Shown: positions 12,645 to 25,694 of the stretch, piece after piece
Layout of the letters: each line of letters begins with the position of its first letter
Numbering within the stretch: the first letter of the stretch is position 1
Assembly (NCBI RefSeq): GCF_044704955.1
Contig: NC_091998.1
Coordinates: 41,726,001 to 41,790,000, forward strand
Length of the DNA stretch: 64,000 nucleotides
DNA from: Pristiophorus japonicus
Lineage: Eukaryota
Reading direction: 5' to 3'
Position numbers and translations under genes: made by a program
The notes under the pieces: generated by a model
Database searches by the model: none
The model's input: only the letters and a program-made list of their open reading frames with translations
Told to the model about the DNA's origin: nothing

Positions 12645-13052
12645 CCTTCACAGCCAATGAAGTACTTTTGGAGTGTAGTCACTGTTGTAATGTGGGAAAT
12701 GTGGCAGCCAATTTGTGCACAGCAAGCTCCCACAAACAGCAATGTGATAATGACCAGATCATCTGTTTTAGTGATGTTGATTGAGGGATAAATAATAGCC
12801 AGGTCACCGGGGATAAATCCCATGCTCTACTTCGAAATAGTGCCATGGGATCGTTTACGTCCACCTGAGAGAGCAGACGGGGCCTCGGTTTAATGTCTCA
12901 TCCAAAAAACGACACCTCCGACAGTGCAGCGCTCCCTCAGCACTGCACTGAGTGTCAACGTAGATTATATGCTCAAGTCCCAGGAGCGGGACTCGAACCC
13001 ACAGCCTTCTGACTCCGAGGCGAGGGTGCTACGAAATCTGCTGCGGCTGACA
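12645..13052 (-). mobile_element. DeuSINE-type SINE
   Basis: Head and core in reverse complement. Confidence 0.85.
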
Positions 13053-13319
13053 CTGCTCAGCAAGCTTGAGGGTAGAGTAAATACTGCCACAGGACCTATA
13101 GACCCAGCTTCCAAGACAGGAGGGTGGTCTCAAGGTAACACTACAGCGTTCAATGCAGGGCACTTGGCCCAGTTATGCAGGCCACAAATACCTCCTGCAG
13201 GAGGCCAGCCTGGTCATCGAGGGGGTCGGCAAGGGTGAAGTCTCATGTTAGGTGAATCTATGCCAAATTAATGACTGTAATAATGTTTTTGATATTACAC
13301 AATAGTTAAACTCCTGTCT

Positions 13320-13810
13320 GGGGGTACGGTAGCATAGTAGTTATATTACTGGACTAGTAACCCAGAGACACAAGTTAAAATCCCAGCACAGCAGCTGGGG
13401 AATTTAAATTCAGTTCATTAAATAAATCTGGAATTTTTTTTAAAAAGCCAGTGTCAGTAATGGTGACCACGAAACAACCGAATTGGTCGGAAAAACCCCT
13501 CTGGTTCGCTAATGGTCTTTCAGGGAAGGAAATCTGCCGCCCTTACCCGGTCTGGCCGATATGTGACTCCAGACCCACAGCAATGTGGTTGTCATTTAAC
13601 TGCCCCCTGGAACGGCCCAGCGAGACACTCAGTTGTACCAAAAACTGATACGACAAAGTCAGCACTGTGGGAGCACCTTCAGCACACGGACTGCAGCGGT
13701 TCAAGAAAAGGCGGCTCACCACCACCTTCTCCAGGGGAAACTAGGGATGGGCAATAAATGCCGGCCTTGCCAGCGACGCCCACATCCCGTGAACGAATAA
13801 ATAAAAAGAA
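13320..13810 (+). mobile_element. SlmI-like SINE with RSg-1-type LINE tail
   Basis: Head ggtagcatagtag, core, and tail ggactgcagcggttcaagaa...gggatgggcaataaatgccggccttgccagcgacgcccacatcccgtgaacgaat. Confidence 0.65.
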
Positions 13811-15664
13811 TAAAAATTTATATAGCACCTTTAACATAGTAAATCATCCCGAGGTGCTTCACAAGGGCGTTCAGACAAAATCAGACAACGAGCATGAGGA
13901 GATATTTGGGCAGGTGACCGAAAGCTTGGTCAAAGAGGTGAATCTGGCGACTGAACGCGGGCTTGCAATCACAAGGCATTTCCTGGCTGCTGTAATAATC
14001 CCCCCTCCCTCCCTCTCCAAAGGACAAGTCAGCTGAAGTTCAACAAGTTGACTGCTGGACTGAATGCAGATTGATGTGATCGGCACGGAAGCGTGTGAAA
14101 GGAGGTACCGCAGTTATGAAATATGCGAGAGAGCAAGTCCGCTGTCGTATCTGGCCCAACATCTACAGCCAAGGTGAAACAGCCAGTTTGACAGCCGGTG
14201 AAAGCAGCAACGACAGCATTTTGCCACAGAGGGATCAGACCGACCCAGGGAGCAAGCTGCAAAGCCGGAGTTTGCAAAACCCACAAGGCGAGCAGGGGAA
14301 AAAAAAAAATCAGATTTCAAATCCGGCTGTTTCAGTGTGGGTTCCACACCCCACCATGCCTTGTGGAAAAAAAAATCAAGAAAAAAAGACTTGCATTTCT
14401 ATAGCGCCTTTTGCGACCACATGACGTCCCAAAACACTTTAACAGCCAATGGTGTGGAGCCACTGTTGCAATGTGTGAAACGCGGCAGCCAATTTGCGCA
14501 CAGCAAGCTCCCACCCACAGCAATGTGATCATCTGTAGGGTTGTGAGGGATCCGCTGCAGCGGGGTTTAACGTGAACAGTCGTTTTCCTAAAGTGCCAGG
14601 CTGGCAGCTCCCGTCACCGGCCAGGATCGTCTCACTTCCTGTGGCGTTAATTGTTAGCAAGGCAGGGCAAAGCCTCGCATTTACAGGCATGAAAGGACTC
14701 GCCATAAAAGGCTGACTGCTTGAATACCCCGCGCTTTGCATAGTGTGTGAGTGAAATGGGATCGGGGAGTCCCACGTGGCCGTACACCAGCAAATTCAGC
14801 AAACTCAAAACGTCGCGGACTAGTCCAGGAAACGATTCAATAGAAACATCTTTCTAATGTACATTCTCTCCACAAAAGGAATGTTTGACAAGCCCTTTGT
14901 TCCTTTGATTCAGGGATGAAGAGTCAGTCCGTCGCTGAGATTATGTCAGCATCATGTGCAACGCCAGGCTCCAGAGTGACTTCGTTTGTCTGTTTGTAAA
15001 TACGTGACGGGAAAGGTTGGGCTGGTCATGGTGTCTGGGGCTGTCCCCAAGGCACCTCCTGACACGCAATAAATTACCGATGGGCCATTTGGCCCAACCA
15101 GTGTTGGTGTCTAATCCTCCACACGTGGGGTGGTCCTAGTTGCACGTGCCCATGAGAACATAAGCAATAGGAGCAGGAGTCGGCCATTCGGCCCCTCGAG
15201 CCTGCTCCGCCATTCAATAAGATCATGGCTGATCTGATCATGGACTCAGCTCCACTTCCCTGCCCGCTCCCCATAACCCTTTACTCCTTTATCGCTCAAA
15301 AATCTGTCTATCTCCGCCTCAAATATATTCAATGACCCAGCCTCCACAGCTCTCTGGGGCAGAGAATTCCACAGATTTACAATCCTCGGTGAGAAGAAAT
15401 TCCTCCTCATCTCAGTATTAAATGGGCAGGCCCTTATTCTGAGACTATGTCCCCTAGTTTTAGTTTCCCCTATGAGTGGAAATATCCTCTACATTCAACT
15501 GGTCGAGCCCTCTCATTATCTTATATGTTTCGATACGATCACTTTTCATTCTTCTGAACTCCAATGAGTAGAGGCCCAACCTACTCAACCTATCTTCATA
15601 AGTCAATCCCCTCATCTCCGGAATCAACCTAGTGAACCTTCTCTGAACTGCCTCCATTGCAAGT

Positions 15665-16419
15665 GCGAGAGACCATCAGCGGCAGGTCGGGGCCACAAAA
15701 GGAGCGGCGAGCGGCGGCCATGGGCAACGTGGCAGTGTACCACGGCAAGGTACGGCGCACCACGGCAAGGTATGGTGTACCACGGCAAGGTACGGCGCAC
15801 CACGGCAAGGTATGGTGTACCACGGCAAGGTACGGCGCACCACGGCAAGGTACGGTGTACCACGGCAAGGTACGGCGCACCACGGCAAGGTATGGTGTAC
15901 CACGGCAAGGTACGGCGCACCACGGCAAGGTACAGCGCACCACGGCAAGGTACAGCGCGAGCTGGTGCAGGAGGGCGACGGCAGCGAAGAGTGACGTCAG
16001 CAAGGTCCAGGTCGGTGACTGGAGCGTGGGCAGGTACAGCAGGAGCAGCGAGGTCGGGGCGAAGGAGCTGAGAAACCGTGGAGGGATGTGATCGGGGCCA
16101 AGGAGAGGCGTGAGTTCGGGGCCAGGGGCCCAGGGGCAGCACGGACCAGCCCACACTGCGATATATGTGCGCACTAGGTCCGTGCAGCAGAGCTGGTCTC
16201 CAGTCATCCTGGTTAATCCTTGCCACTGGACCAAGACCTAGCTCTGTCAAGCCCGCGTGGTGGCTGGTGTACAACGGTCACCACACTTTAAAAAAATCCA
16301 CGCACAGGCATCTCCCACCCTTCAGGATGTAGTTCGGTTCTTCATTCGAAACACCTGTGAACTCATTCTTTTTTGGCATGGAAGCAAGTCATCCTTGTTC
16401 GAGGGACCACCTATGAATG
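15665..16419 (+). mobile_element. RTE-tailed non-autonomous element, longest copy in the window
   Basis: GC-rich 5' part, the shared body, and the gcaagtcatcc...ctatgaatga tail. Confidence 0.75.
15735..15958 (+). repeat. 20-bp minisatellite, about 11 copies, with alternating variants
   Basis: ccacggcaaggtacggcgca alternates with ccacggcaaggtatggtgta. Confidence 0.9.
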
Positions 16420-16825
16420 AATATATCCTTCCTTAAATACGGAGACCAAAACTGTACGCAGTACTCCAGGTGTGGCCTCACCAATACCCTGTACAGTTAT
16501 AGCAGTTCCCAAATCCCCCTTCCACCATCTACTCTTAACTGTTTACGTGTCGCTCCTTCAATCACCAACTCTGGTAGTGGAAGTTCTATCTTCAGAACCC
16601 TCTGTGTAAAAAATAAATATTCTCCTGCTCTCCATTCTAAATCTTTTACATTTAATCCACCATCTGTGTCTCCTCGTTCTTGACCCCTCAACCACTGAAG
16701 ACAATCCGTTTCTATCTCTCCTGTCCCATCCCTTCATCATTTTGACACGTTCTAACCAAAACAGACCCAATCTTCCTGTTGCTTGAGCTCCAGTCAGAAC
16801 AAGGGTGTGGAGAAAATGAACAGAA

Positions 16826-17280
16826 GGAAAGACTTGCATTTATATAGCACCTCTCATGACGTCTGAAAGCGCTTTACAGCCAATGAAGTACTTTTGGAGT
16901 GTAGTCACTGTTATAATGTGGGAAACGCAGCAGATAATTTGCACACAGCAAGCTCCCACAAACAGCAATGTGATAATGACCAGATAATCTGTTTTTGTTA
17001 TGTTGATTAAGGGATAAATATGAGCCATGACAACAGGGAGAACTCCCCTGCTCTTCTGTGAAATAATGCCACAGGATTTTTTACCACCACTCGAGAGAGC
17101 AGAAGCCTCAGTTTAACATCTCATCCAAAAGACGGCACCTCCAACAGTGTGGCACTCCCTCAGCACTGCACTGGGAGTGTCAACCTAGATTTTTGTGCTC
17201 AAGTCCCTGGAGTGGGACTTGAACCCACAACCTTCTGACTCAGAGGCAAGGGTGCTGCCCACTGAGCCACAGCTGATACA
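16826..17280 (-). mobile_element. DeuSINE-type SINE, full length
   Basis: Tail gaaaagacttgcatttatatagc through head ccactgagccacagctga. Confidence 0.9.
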
Positions 17281-18537
17281 ATTAAAAAGACAGGGTCAAG
17301 AAGTGGTGGTATCTTGTCTGCAGCCGTTTTATTTTGAATGGATGTGTGGGCTGTTAAATATTTGCTCTCGGGAGGTGGGCTTCACCTGCATTTATTGCCC
17401 ATCCATGGTCGAGCAGAGACGGAGCCAGCGATTTAATGCAACAAAGAAGTTTGCTGTTCAACCCACAGTTAAATGTCAAGCACGCTGATGAGGAACTGGA
17501 GTCATGTGTGGGTAAGGACGGCAGGTTTCCTTCCCCAATCAGCAAACCACTCGGGTTTTTAACAACAATCCAACAGATTCACGGACGCTTTTACTGATAG
17601 CGCTTTTATTTTAACCTCCAGATTCTTTCTTTAAAAATAATCTAGCGCAGGCACGAAGGGCCGAGTGGCCTCCTTCCGTGCCGAAAACTTCGATGGTTCC
17701 ATGAACTCAAATTCTTTTCCCGATTCAAAGGGAATTCAGACTCTTAAGCTGGTGGGATTTGAACAGCTGATCAGCGGCCTCTGGATTACTGGTCCAGCAA
17801 CATAACCGTACCCACCACTCCCCTCCCCTCCCCTCCCCACCCCTGCCCTCCTGTCCCCGCAACTCATAGCTCCTGTGCTGGAGGAGGCAGGGCCGTGGCA
17901 CGGAGCACGGAGCCGAGCTTTTCGCCAAACACCGAGGAAGGCATGCGGGACTGGCCCTGGGAATCTCCTTTTCCTCACCCCCCACCCGTCGCACATTTGC
18001 CTGAGCTGACAACCACAGAGCTTCGGGAGGGGTGGGGAATAAATTGCCCCAACCACCTGTGGAGCTGCACACCGCTGGCTCACAGGTGCTGCGCTGTAAC
18101 ACCGCTGGTTTCGGGGCGGGCTGCTCCTGACTGTTTTGAGAACAAAACCTGCCGACAAACTATTTATTCTCTTCGGGCGTACGCATGGACTTCGGGTCCT
18201 GCCGCGATGCCCCCAATGTCGAATAGTCGCCCAGCACCTATTGTTGAGGCTCAAAGATGAATAATAACCGCTTGGAGGAGGTGCCAGAAGAGCGACCGGG
18301 GATGGAGTCACATCCTCGCAGCAGTAGGGAGGAGAAAACGCGCACAAATAAATAGCACTCGGGCCATTTTGATACACTGAATATAGGGACGGGGGCAGGC
18401 CATTCAGCCCCTCAAGCCTATCCCCGCCTCAGAATGTCCCAAAGTGCCTTACAACCAATTGAGTACTCGTCAAGCGTAGTCACGACACGTAAAAAAAAAA
18501 CGAGATAAATGACAGCAAAAATAAATTTTAAACACGT

Positions 18538-19102
18538 GGGGGTGGAAATTCAGTCTTCCTGCCCCAATTAGCACCCTGGAGGGCGGCGGAAAGCACTTGC
18601 GCCCGGGCTGGTGGGCAGCTTCCAGTGCCCCACCGGGACATTCGGTGCCAGTATGGACGGGGCGCGGAGCATTACCGCCTGGGAGCGGCGAGCCGGTGTG
18701 CAAGGCCCCTGGTCGCGACCCGTAGCGCCCCGCAGCGCCCCCTAGTGGGACCGCCAGTGAAAGCGGGCGCTCCGAGCTGTCGCAGCCACGGTGAGGTCAG
18801 TATTGCCGACCTCAGGGAAGGGCCATTGCTTTTTTAACAAAAATGTTTTGCGATTTATGATGTGGTGGCATGAGCTACGTATTGGGAATGTTTTTGGTGT
18901 TTTTTTTCAGGGGTTTATACCACTTTAGCTTGGGAGTATCCCTTGCTCAGCCTAGCGCCCTGAAAGATGTGTTCAACCCCTCCCTTAGCGCCCCGGATAA
19001 ACTCCAGGCCCAGCTGATGAATGTTGCGGCAACAGACCATTTGCCGGAGCAGAATTTACCGTTCGGCCCGAGACACCGCCCCAACTGAGCGAATTTCCCA
19101 CC
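18538..19102 (+). mobile_element. GC-rich MITE-like element with terminal inverted repeats
   Basis: Left ggggtggaaattc and right gaatttcccacccc are inverted repeats; the body is shared with 43119-43780. Confidence 0.7.
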
Positions 19103-19519
19103 CCCCCCCCCCGCCAAAGAAATGACTTTCTAGTGAGTGATAAACAAAGTAATAATGCGAAAGGGGACTATATGGTGAGAATCATTTCGCACTCCCGTAC
19201 AGTGCTCACCACATGACGTATGAAGGGCCGACAGAACGACAGTCCGGTGAAATGGTGCTGCAAACTGCATTGACGATGGACAGTTCACATCGCCCACTCT
19301 GTGCCTTTAAGATCTGGAGCTGCCCCATGCAGTTCATTCAGGCATGTTTTTTAAAAACTTTACTTTAATTATATATAAGCACAGCCCACGGCCAGATCAC
19401 TTGGCGTTCTAGTGTTGCAAATTAAGAGGTATTCCATGCCATTGTTTACTGTCACCACCGTCTGTCAGCTTGCCAAAGACTAAACGATCTGCTCCAAGTT
19501 CAAACGTTAGCTATTGCGA

Positions 19520-20275
19520 GGACGGTGAATCTTTGGAATTCTCTGCCCCAGATCGCTGTGGAGTGTCTGAGTATACTCAAGGCTGTTCGAAGAACGAGAG
19601 GTGATCTTATTGAAACGTACAAGATTCTGAGGGGGCCTTGACAGGGTCAATGCAGAGAGGATGTTGCTCCTCGTGGGGGAATCTAGAACCAGGGGGCATA
19701 GTTTCAGAATACGGGGTCGCCCATTTAAATCAGAAATTTCTTCTCTGAGAGGTTCGTGAATCTGTGGAATTCTCTGCCCCAGAGAGCTGTGGAGGCTGGG
19801 TCATTGAATATATTTAAGGTGGAGATAGACAGATTTTTGAGTGATAAGGGAGTCAAGGGTTATGGGGAGGGGGCAGGAAAGTGGAGCTGAGTCCATGATC
19901 AGATCAGCCATGATCTTATTGAATGGCTGAGTAGGCTCGAGGGGCCAAATGACCTGCTCCTATTTCTTATATTTGGATATATTTTTGGACTCTAGGGGAA
20001 TCAAGGGATATGGAGATCAGGCAGGAAAAGTCGTCGTTTTCTTCTTAGGCAGTCCCCTGGAGTCGAGGGTGACTTGCTTCCAGACTAATAGCAGTTCTCA
20101 GGTGACTGATGAGACCAACGCAGGATCTACTGTCTCTGTCACAGGTGGGGCACATGGTGGTTGGGATTTGAGCAAAGTAGAGTTGAGGTCGATGATCAGC
20201 CATGATCGTATTGAATGGCGGGGCAGGCTCGAGGGGCCGTGTTGCCGACTCCTGCTCCTATTTCTTATGTTCTTA
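19520..20275 (+). mobile_element. Tandem CR1 3' fragments with a short RTE 3' fragment (about 20035-20160, minus) inserted
   Basis: Repeated gtgaatctgtggaattctctgcccc and CR1 3' UTR motifs; cttcttaggcagtccc...gacttgcttcc RTE tail. Confidence 0.7.
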
Positions 20276-20756
20276 ACAAGTCAGGAGGCCACGGAATACA
20301 CTGGCATGCTTATCAAAGGAAGCGATACTTGAGCAAGTGCCACATCTTCCTCGATTTGAAACCTGGATAAGTGAGCCCATTCCCGAACCGCCATCTCTTC
20401 ATGGGGCGACATGCCCTGACCTGTTAAACTGCTGACTTCCAAGTCAGGTGACATTTAGATTTGTGTTTCCCTTCAGAGGTGTGTTTTTGCGCCTCTGATC
20501 CGCTTTCTGTGAAGGGAGACAAGATTGCCACCTGATTTCCCACATGACAACAGTGCCCGCACTTCGAAAATTACTTTGTGGGCCGTAAAGACCCGTACGT
20601 GATAGGCGCTATATAAATGCAAGGTTTTCTGTCTCCCTGGAGGTGGCGGGAAGAGCTTTCCCGAGGAGAATCTCCCCGGAGCGAGGCTGGGCAGGTTCGT
20701 CAAGCGACAGCCTTGGCAGTCTGCGTTAATCGCCCAACCGAGGAGGAAAAAAACAA

Positions 20757-21159
20757 CCTGCATTTATATAGCGCCTCGGGACGACCCAAAGCACTTTAGA
20801 GCCGATGAAGTACATTTTTTTTGCAAGTGTAACCACTGCTGTAATGTGGGAAACGCGGCAGCCAATTTGCGCACAGCAAGCTCCCACAAACAGCACTGTG
20901 ATAATGACCAAATCACCTGTTCTTTTGTTATGTCGATTGTGGGATAAATATTGGCCCAGGACACCAGGGATAACTCCCCTGCCCTTCTTCATAAAGTGCC
21001 ATGGGGTGTTTTACATCCACCTGAGACGGGGCCTCGGTTTAAGGGTCTCATCTGAAGGACAGCACCTTCAACAGTGCGGCACTCCCTCAGCAATGCACTG
21101 GGAGTGTCAGCCTGGATTTATGTGCTCAAGTCTCTGGAGTGGGACTTGAACCCACAACT

Positions 21160-21196
<37 letters not shown>

Positions 21197-21207
21197 GGGC
21201 TGACACT
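20757..21207 (-). mobile_element. DeuSINE-type SINE, full length
   Basis: Tail, core and head in reverse complement. Confidence 0.9.
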
Positions 21208-22195
21208 CTACAGGGTGGGGCGGGGTGAGGGGGGAGGTGATTAGAGTGCAAAGTAATGTAAAGTTTCCACCTTCACTCCAGGCAATACAGAAGACACATT
21301 ATTATAAAGAATAACGAAACAATGCAAGAACTTTACTGAAACCATTGCACCTATCTGTGCCGTAGTAATCCATCTAACCACCATCGCTGATTAGATCATT
21401 ATTCAGTACAATCTGAAACGGTCTTGGCTCGGTTTTAAATGCAGCTGCATTCTACTTGGCAATTTCAAAACTGATGCCGCAAATACTGCTAACCAGCAGT
21501 CTGTTGCGTTTCTCAAATAGTGCTTCTCCACATTGACTCAACACGTTTCTCCAGCAAAAATCACTGAGTCACTCAGACTAGGAACGCCCCACGTTCATGC
21601 CCCAGTCTGCTTGCGACCTCCGGGAGGGAATCTGATCCCCTTGATTAGGGGAGGGGGTGGGGGGGGGAAATTGACCAGGATTCATGCCCCCGACCACCAA
21701 AACTACCTGTAATTTTTTTTTGTTCACGGGCTGTGCAATTTTTCGCACACTCGCGGTTATAGAAACATAGAAAATAGGTGCAGGAGTAGGCCATTCGGCC
21801 CTTCGAGCCTGCACCACCATTCAGTAAGATCATGGCTGATCATTCACCTCAGTACCCCATTCCTGCTTTCTCTCCATACCCCTTGATCCCCTTAGCCATA
21901 AGGGCCACATCTAACTCCCTCGTAATGTCCTCTGCACAACCGGTGAGAGGCTCGAGCGGGACCTCCAGACCGCTGCGTGGTCACGTGGCTTACCGGGAAC
22001 GTTACCGACCGCTATTCAGTGCGCACATCGCGGCTGAGGCCAGGACTGGCTCAGCCACATTTCCCCCCCCCCCCCCCCGCCCCCCGCCCCCCGCAACCAA
22101 CGGCTCAGGTGCCTCCGAACTCACACCATTCACTTCGATTGTTTCGATTGGCTCGTCCGGCAAGCAGTCAAAGTCCCCGTCAGAGAGTGGAGGAT

Positions 22196-22600
22196 AGAAT
22201 TGCCAAGAACCATAGAAAATTACGACACAGAAGGTAGTCCATTTCGGCCCCTGGCGTCCGTGCCGGTCATAAGAAAGTTGCCGAGCGTAATCCCACCTTT
22301 CAGCACGAGGTCCGTAGCCCTGTAGGTCACAGATTGCACCCAAGTACCTTTTAAATGTGATGAGCGTTTCTGCCTCTACCACCCTTTCAGGCAGTGAGTT
22401 CCAGACCCCCACCACCCCAAGTGAAGGAATTCTTCCTCAAATCCTTCTACTGACGACTTTAAATCTAAGCCCCCTGGTTGTTGACCTCTCTCTGTCCTAT
22501 CCACTCTATCTAGCCCCTTCACAATTTTATACACTGCAATTAAATTTCCCCTTAGCCTCCTCTGTTCCAAGGAAAACACTCCCAGCCTATCCAAGATGAA
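22196..22600 (-). mobile_element. CR1 3' fragment
   Basis: LGVFSLEQRRLRGNLIAVYKI and VGVWNSLPERVVEAET. Confidence 0.8.
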
Positions 22601-23251
22601 CAAGTAGAGAAAAAATATTTAAAACATGAGTGAGGTGGGTCAAATAATTGTCCATTTTTGGAGAGAACACCGCCCGTTGATCCATCGCAGACTTTGAAAA
22701 TGGTAGAATTGCAACTCCAAGATCTGAATCGACAGTTCAGTCAGCTGCCTGCAACAGTGTTTAACCATCTACTCGACACAAATGAAACTCTTCTAAAGTA
22801 ATGCAGGATTTAAACATTTTCTTTTTGGCAATAGACTTCTCTCCCCAAACACACCACACTGTTGCTGCAAGAACTGCCTTGCTTTGTCTAGTCACCATTT
22901 TAGGCACCTAGCGCTTTCAGGTTTCTGTGCATGACGTCACAGGTTTGAGCACATCAAAGCCGAACTGCCCTGCAGAACAATAACAGCCATTAACGCTGCG
23001 TGCACACACAGGCGTCTTGCAAACAAGTGAGCTGTGGCTGGCAGACTGACCGGACACTGGCCACACCGTTTCTCACACCGGTGTCGCGATGCTGTGCACA
23101 AGTAACTGACCAATCTGGTTCATCTCTACCTCTTGGGCACAAGGCGGCTCCACTTCAGTGCTGCACCGAGGGGGTGCAGCATTGTCAGCAGTTCCGTCTT
23201 TTGAATGAGACATCAAATCTGCCTGTCAGTGATCTCACAGCACTATTCACA

Positions 23252-23677
23252 AGAACACAAGAAATAGGAGCAGGAGTCGGCCATTTGGCCCCTTGAGCCT
23301 GCTCCACCATTCAATAAGATCGTGGCTGATCCGATCATGGACTCAGCTCCACTTCCCTGCCCACTCCCCATAACCCCTTATCGCTCAAAAATCTGTCTAT
23401 TTTCACCTTCAAAGACCCAGCCTCCACAGCTCTCTGGGGCAGTGAATTCCACAGATTTACAACCCTCTGAGAGAAGAAATTCCTCCTCAGCTCAGTTTTA
23501 AATGGGCAGCCCCTTATTCTGAGACTATGCCCCCGAGTTTTAGTTTCCCCTATGAGTGAAAATATACTCTCTGCATCCACTTTGTCGAGCCCCCTCATTA
23601 TCTTAATATGTTTCGATAAGATCAGCTCTCATTCTTCTGAACCCCAACGAGTATAGTCCCAACCTACTCAACCTATT
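23252..23677 (-). mobile_element. CR1 3' fragment
   Basis: ORF 23335..23598 RRNFFSQRVVNLWNSLPQRAVEA. Confidence 0.85.
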
Positions 23678-23734
23678 TGTGACAAGCCAGGAGTTCTCCC
23701 AATCTCCAAACATTCATCCATGAAGCAGTCACAC

Positions 23735-23955
23735 ACCGTCCTGACTTGGAAATATATCGGCCGTTCCTTCATCGTCGCTGGGTCACAATCCTGGAACTCC
23801 CTCCCTAACAGCACTGTGGGAGCACCTTCACCACACGGGACTGCAGCGGTTCAAGAAGGCGGCTCGCCACCACCTTCTCAAGGGCAATTTGGGATGGGCA
23901 ATAAATGCCAACCTTGCCTGCGCGCCCACATCCCATGAACGATTAATAAAAAAAA
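23735..23955 (+). mobile_element. RSg-1-like LINE 3' end
   Basis: SFIVAGSQSWNSLPNSTVG followed by the same 3' UTR used by the SlmI-like SINE. Confidence 0.6.
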
Positions 23956-24210
23956 TACCCAAAACACAGATTAACAAATGATTTATCTCATTGCTGACTG
24001 CGGACAAACGCTGTGCGCAAATTGGCTGCTGCATTTTCCGGCATAACTTCAAAAGTCGCTGCTGTGAAGCACTTTGGGGCATCCTCGGGAGATGAAAGGC
24101 ACTATATAAATGCAAGATTTTTCTTTCTTGCAAAAACCTGTTTGAGAATTCAAGACAAGAGATTCATACAAATTACAGTCCATTTGTTCCAAAGTGTGCA
24201 TTTTGCATGC

Positions 24211-24405
24211 ATGTGTGTGTGTGTGTGTGTGTGTGAGTGTGTATATGTGTGAGTGTGTGTGTATGTGCGTGTGTATGTGAGTGTATGTGTGAGTGTATGC
24301 GTGAGTGTATGTGTGAGTGTGAGTGTGGGAGTGTGAGTGTGTATGTGGGAGTGTGAGTATGTACGTGTGGAGTGTGCATGTGTGTGTGCGTGTGCGTGTG
24401 TATGA
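24211..24405. repeat. Compound (TG)n microsatellite
   Basis: TG/GA-interrupted dinucleotide run. Confidence 0.95.
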
Positions 24406-25164
24406 GAAAGGGGGTGGTTGGGGGAGGGACTTCACTCTAAAGCAGCTATCTTGAATTATTTGCAGTCTTGTGAGTTATCCTGCCTGAGAAAGCTCGAAGT
24501 AGAATTTAAAGGTGACTGTGCAATGCCTATTTGATTCATCAATGCTGCTAATGACTTGAGACAGTATATATAGATATAGTTACACACCTGACTCATTACA
24601 CACTCACATGCATGTTTGACAGTATTCAATGATCATATCACTAGGCATATAATCTTTAATCTTCATCGGTATTTTTTTATTTGGTACATTTACATAACAG
24701 AAACTTCTTATCTGATCATCATCCCGTTGCTATTTGTGGGAGCTTGCTGTGCGCAATTTTGCTGCCGCATTTCCTACATTACAACAGTGACTACACACTT
24801 CAAAAAGTACTTCATTGGCTGTAAAGCGCTTTGGGAAATCCTGAGGTCATGAAAGGCGCTATAGAAATGCAAGTCTTTCTTTTAACATTTTCAAATGTAA
24901 CTTGTCTGTACAAGCCTTGTGTGTTATAGTATCACAATAAAAAACAAGTGTAAAAGTATTCCATACGGCAATGTGTTTTTACAACTGGTGTAAGTAGGAA
25001 TTTACTGCTGTTATTATATTTCTATTGCATTCCTGCTTGTGGAGAGTGCGTTATACTTTGAAGTCAGAAAACATTGTGAATAGGTTTAAGTTCAACTGTG
25101 ATTGCCGTTAGTAATTTTGATAGTGGAAATGCATACCTTTCTCTTAAGATCTTTTTTTCACTCT

Positions 25165-25622
25165 TTGAGAGGGGACTGCCCTATGAGGAGAGACTGAGTA
25201 GACCAGGCCAATATTCTTTAGAGTTTAGAAGAATGAGAGATGATTTCATTGAAATATACACAGTTCTTACAAGGCTTGACAGGGTAGATGCAGGGAGGAT
25301 GTTTCCCCGGGCTGCGGAGTCTAGAACCAGGGGTCACAGTCTCAGAATAAGGGGTCGGCCATTTAGGACTGAGATGAGGAGAAACTTCTTCACTCAGAGG
25401 GTGGTGAATCTTTAGAATTCTCTACGCCAAATGGCTGTGGAGGCTCAATCGTTGAGTATATTCAAGATGGAGATCGATAGAATTTGGGATAGTAAGGGAA
25501 TCATGGGATGGGGCAGGAAAGTGGAGTTGAGGTTGAAGGTCAGCCATGATCTTATTGAATGGTGGAGCAGGCTAGAGGGGCCGAATGGCCGATTTCTGCT
25601 CCTATTCCTTATGTTCTTATGT
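25165..25622 (+). mobile_element. CR1 3' fragment
   Basis: RGLPYEERLSR..YSLEFRRMRDD...FFTQRVVNL; ttatgttcttatgtt tail. Confidence 0.85.
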
Positions 25623-25694
25623 TTTGGTCATCACGGTCACTGAGCGGGAAGGTGACCTGCTCCCAAGCTTCCACTACCGCCGCCCCTCAGTGTT

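Larger units (their letters stand above)
15155..16497 (-). mobile_element. CR1 3' fragment split by an RTE-tailed element
   Basis: CR1 runs 15155-15664 (EAVQRRFTRLIPEM) and resumes at about 16420 (atatatccttccttaaatacggagaccaaaac). Confidence 0.8.

Noticed and set aside
15624-16274. Repetitive ORFs of about 200 aa on both strands
   Set aside because: Produced by the 20-bp tandem repeat inside a retroelement.
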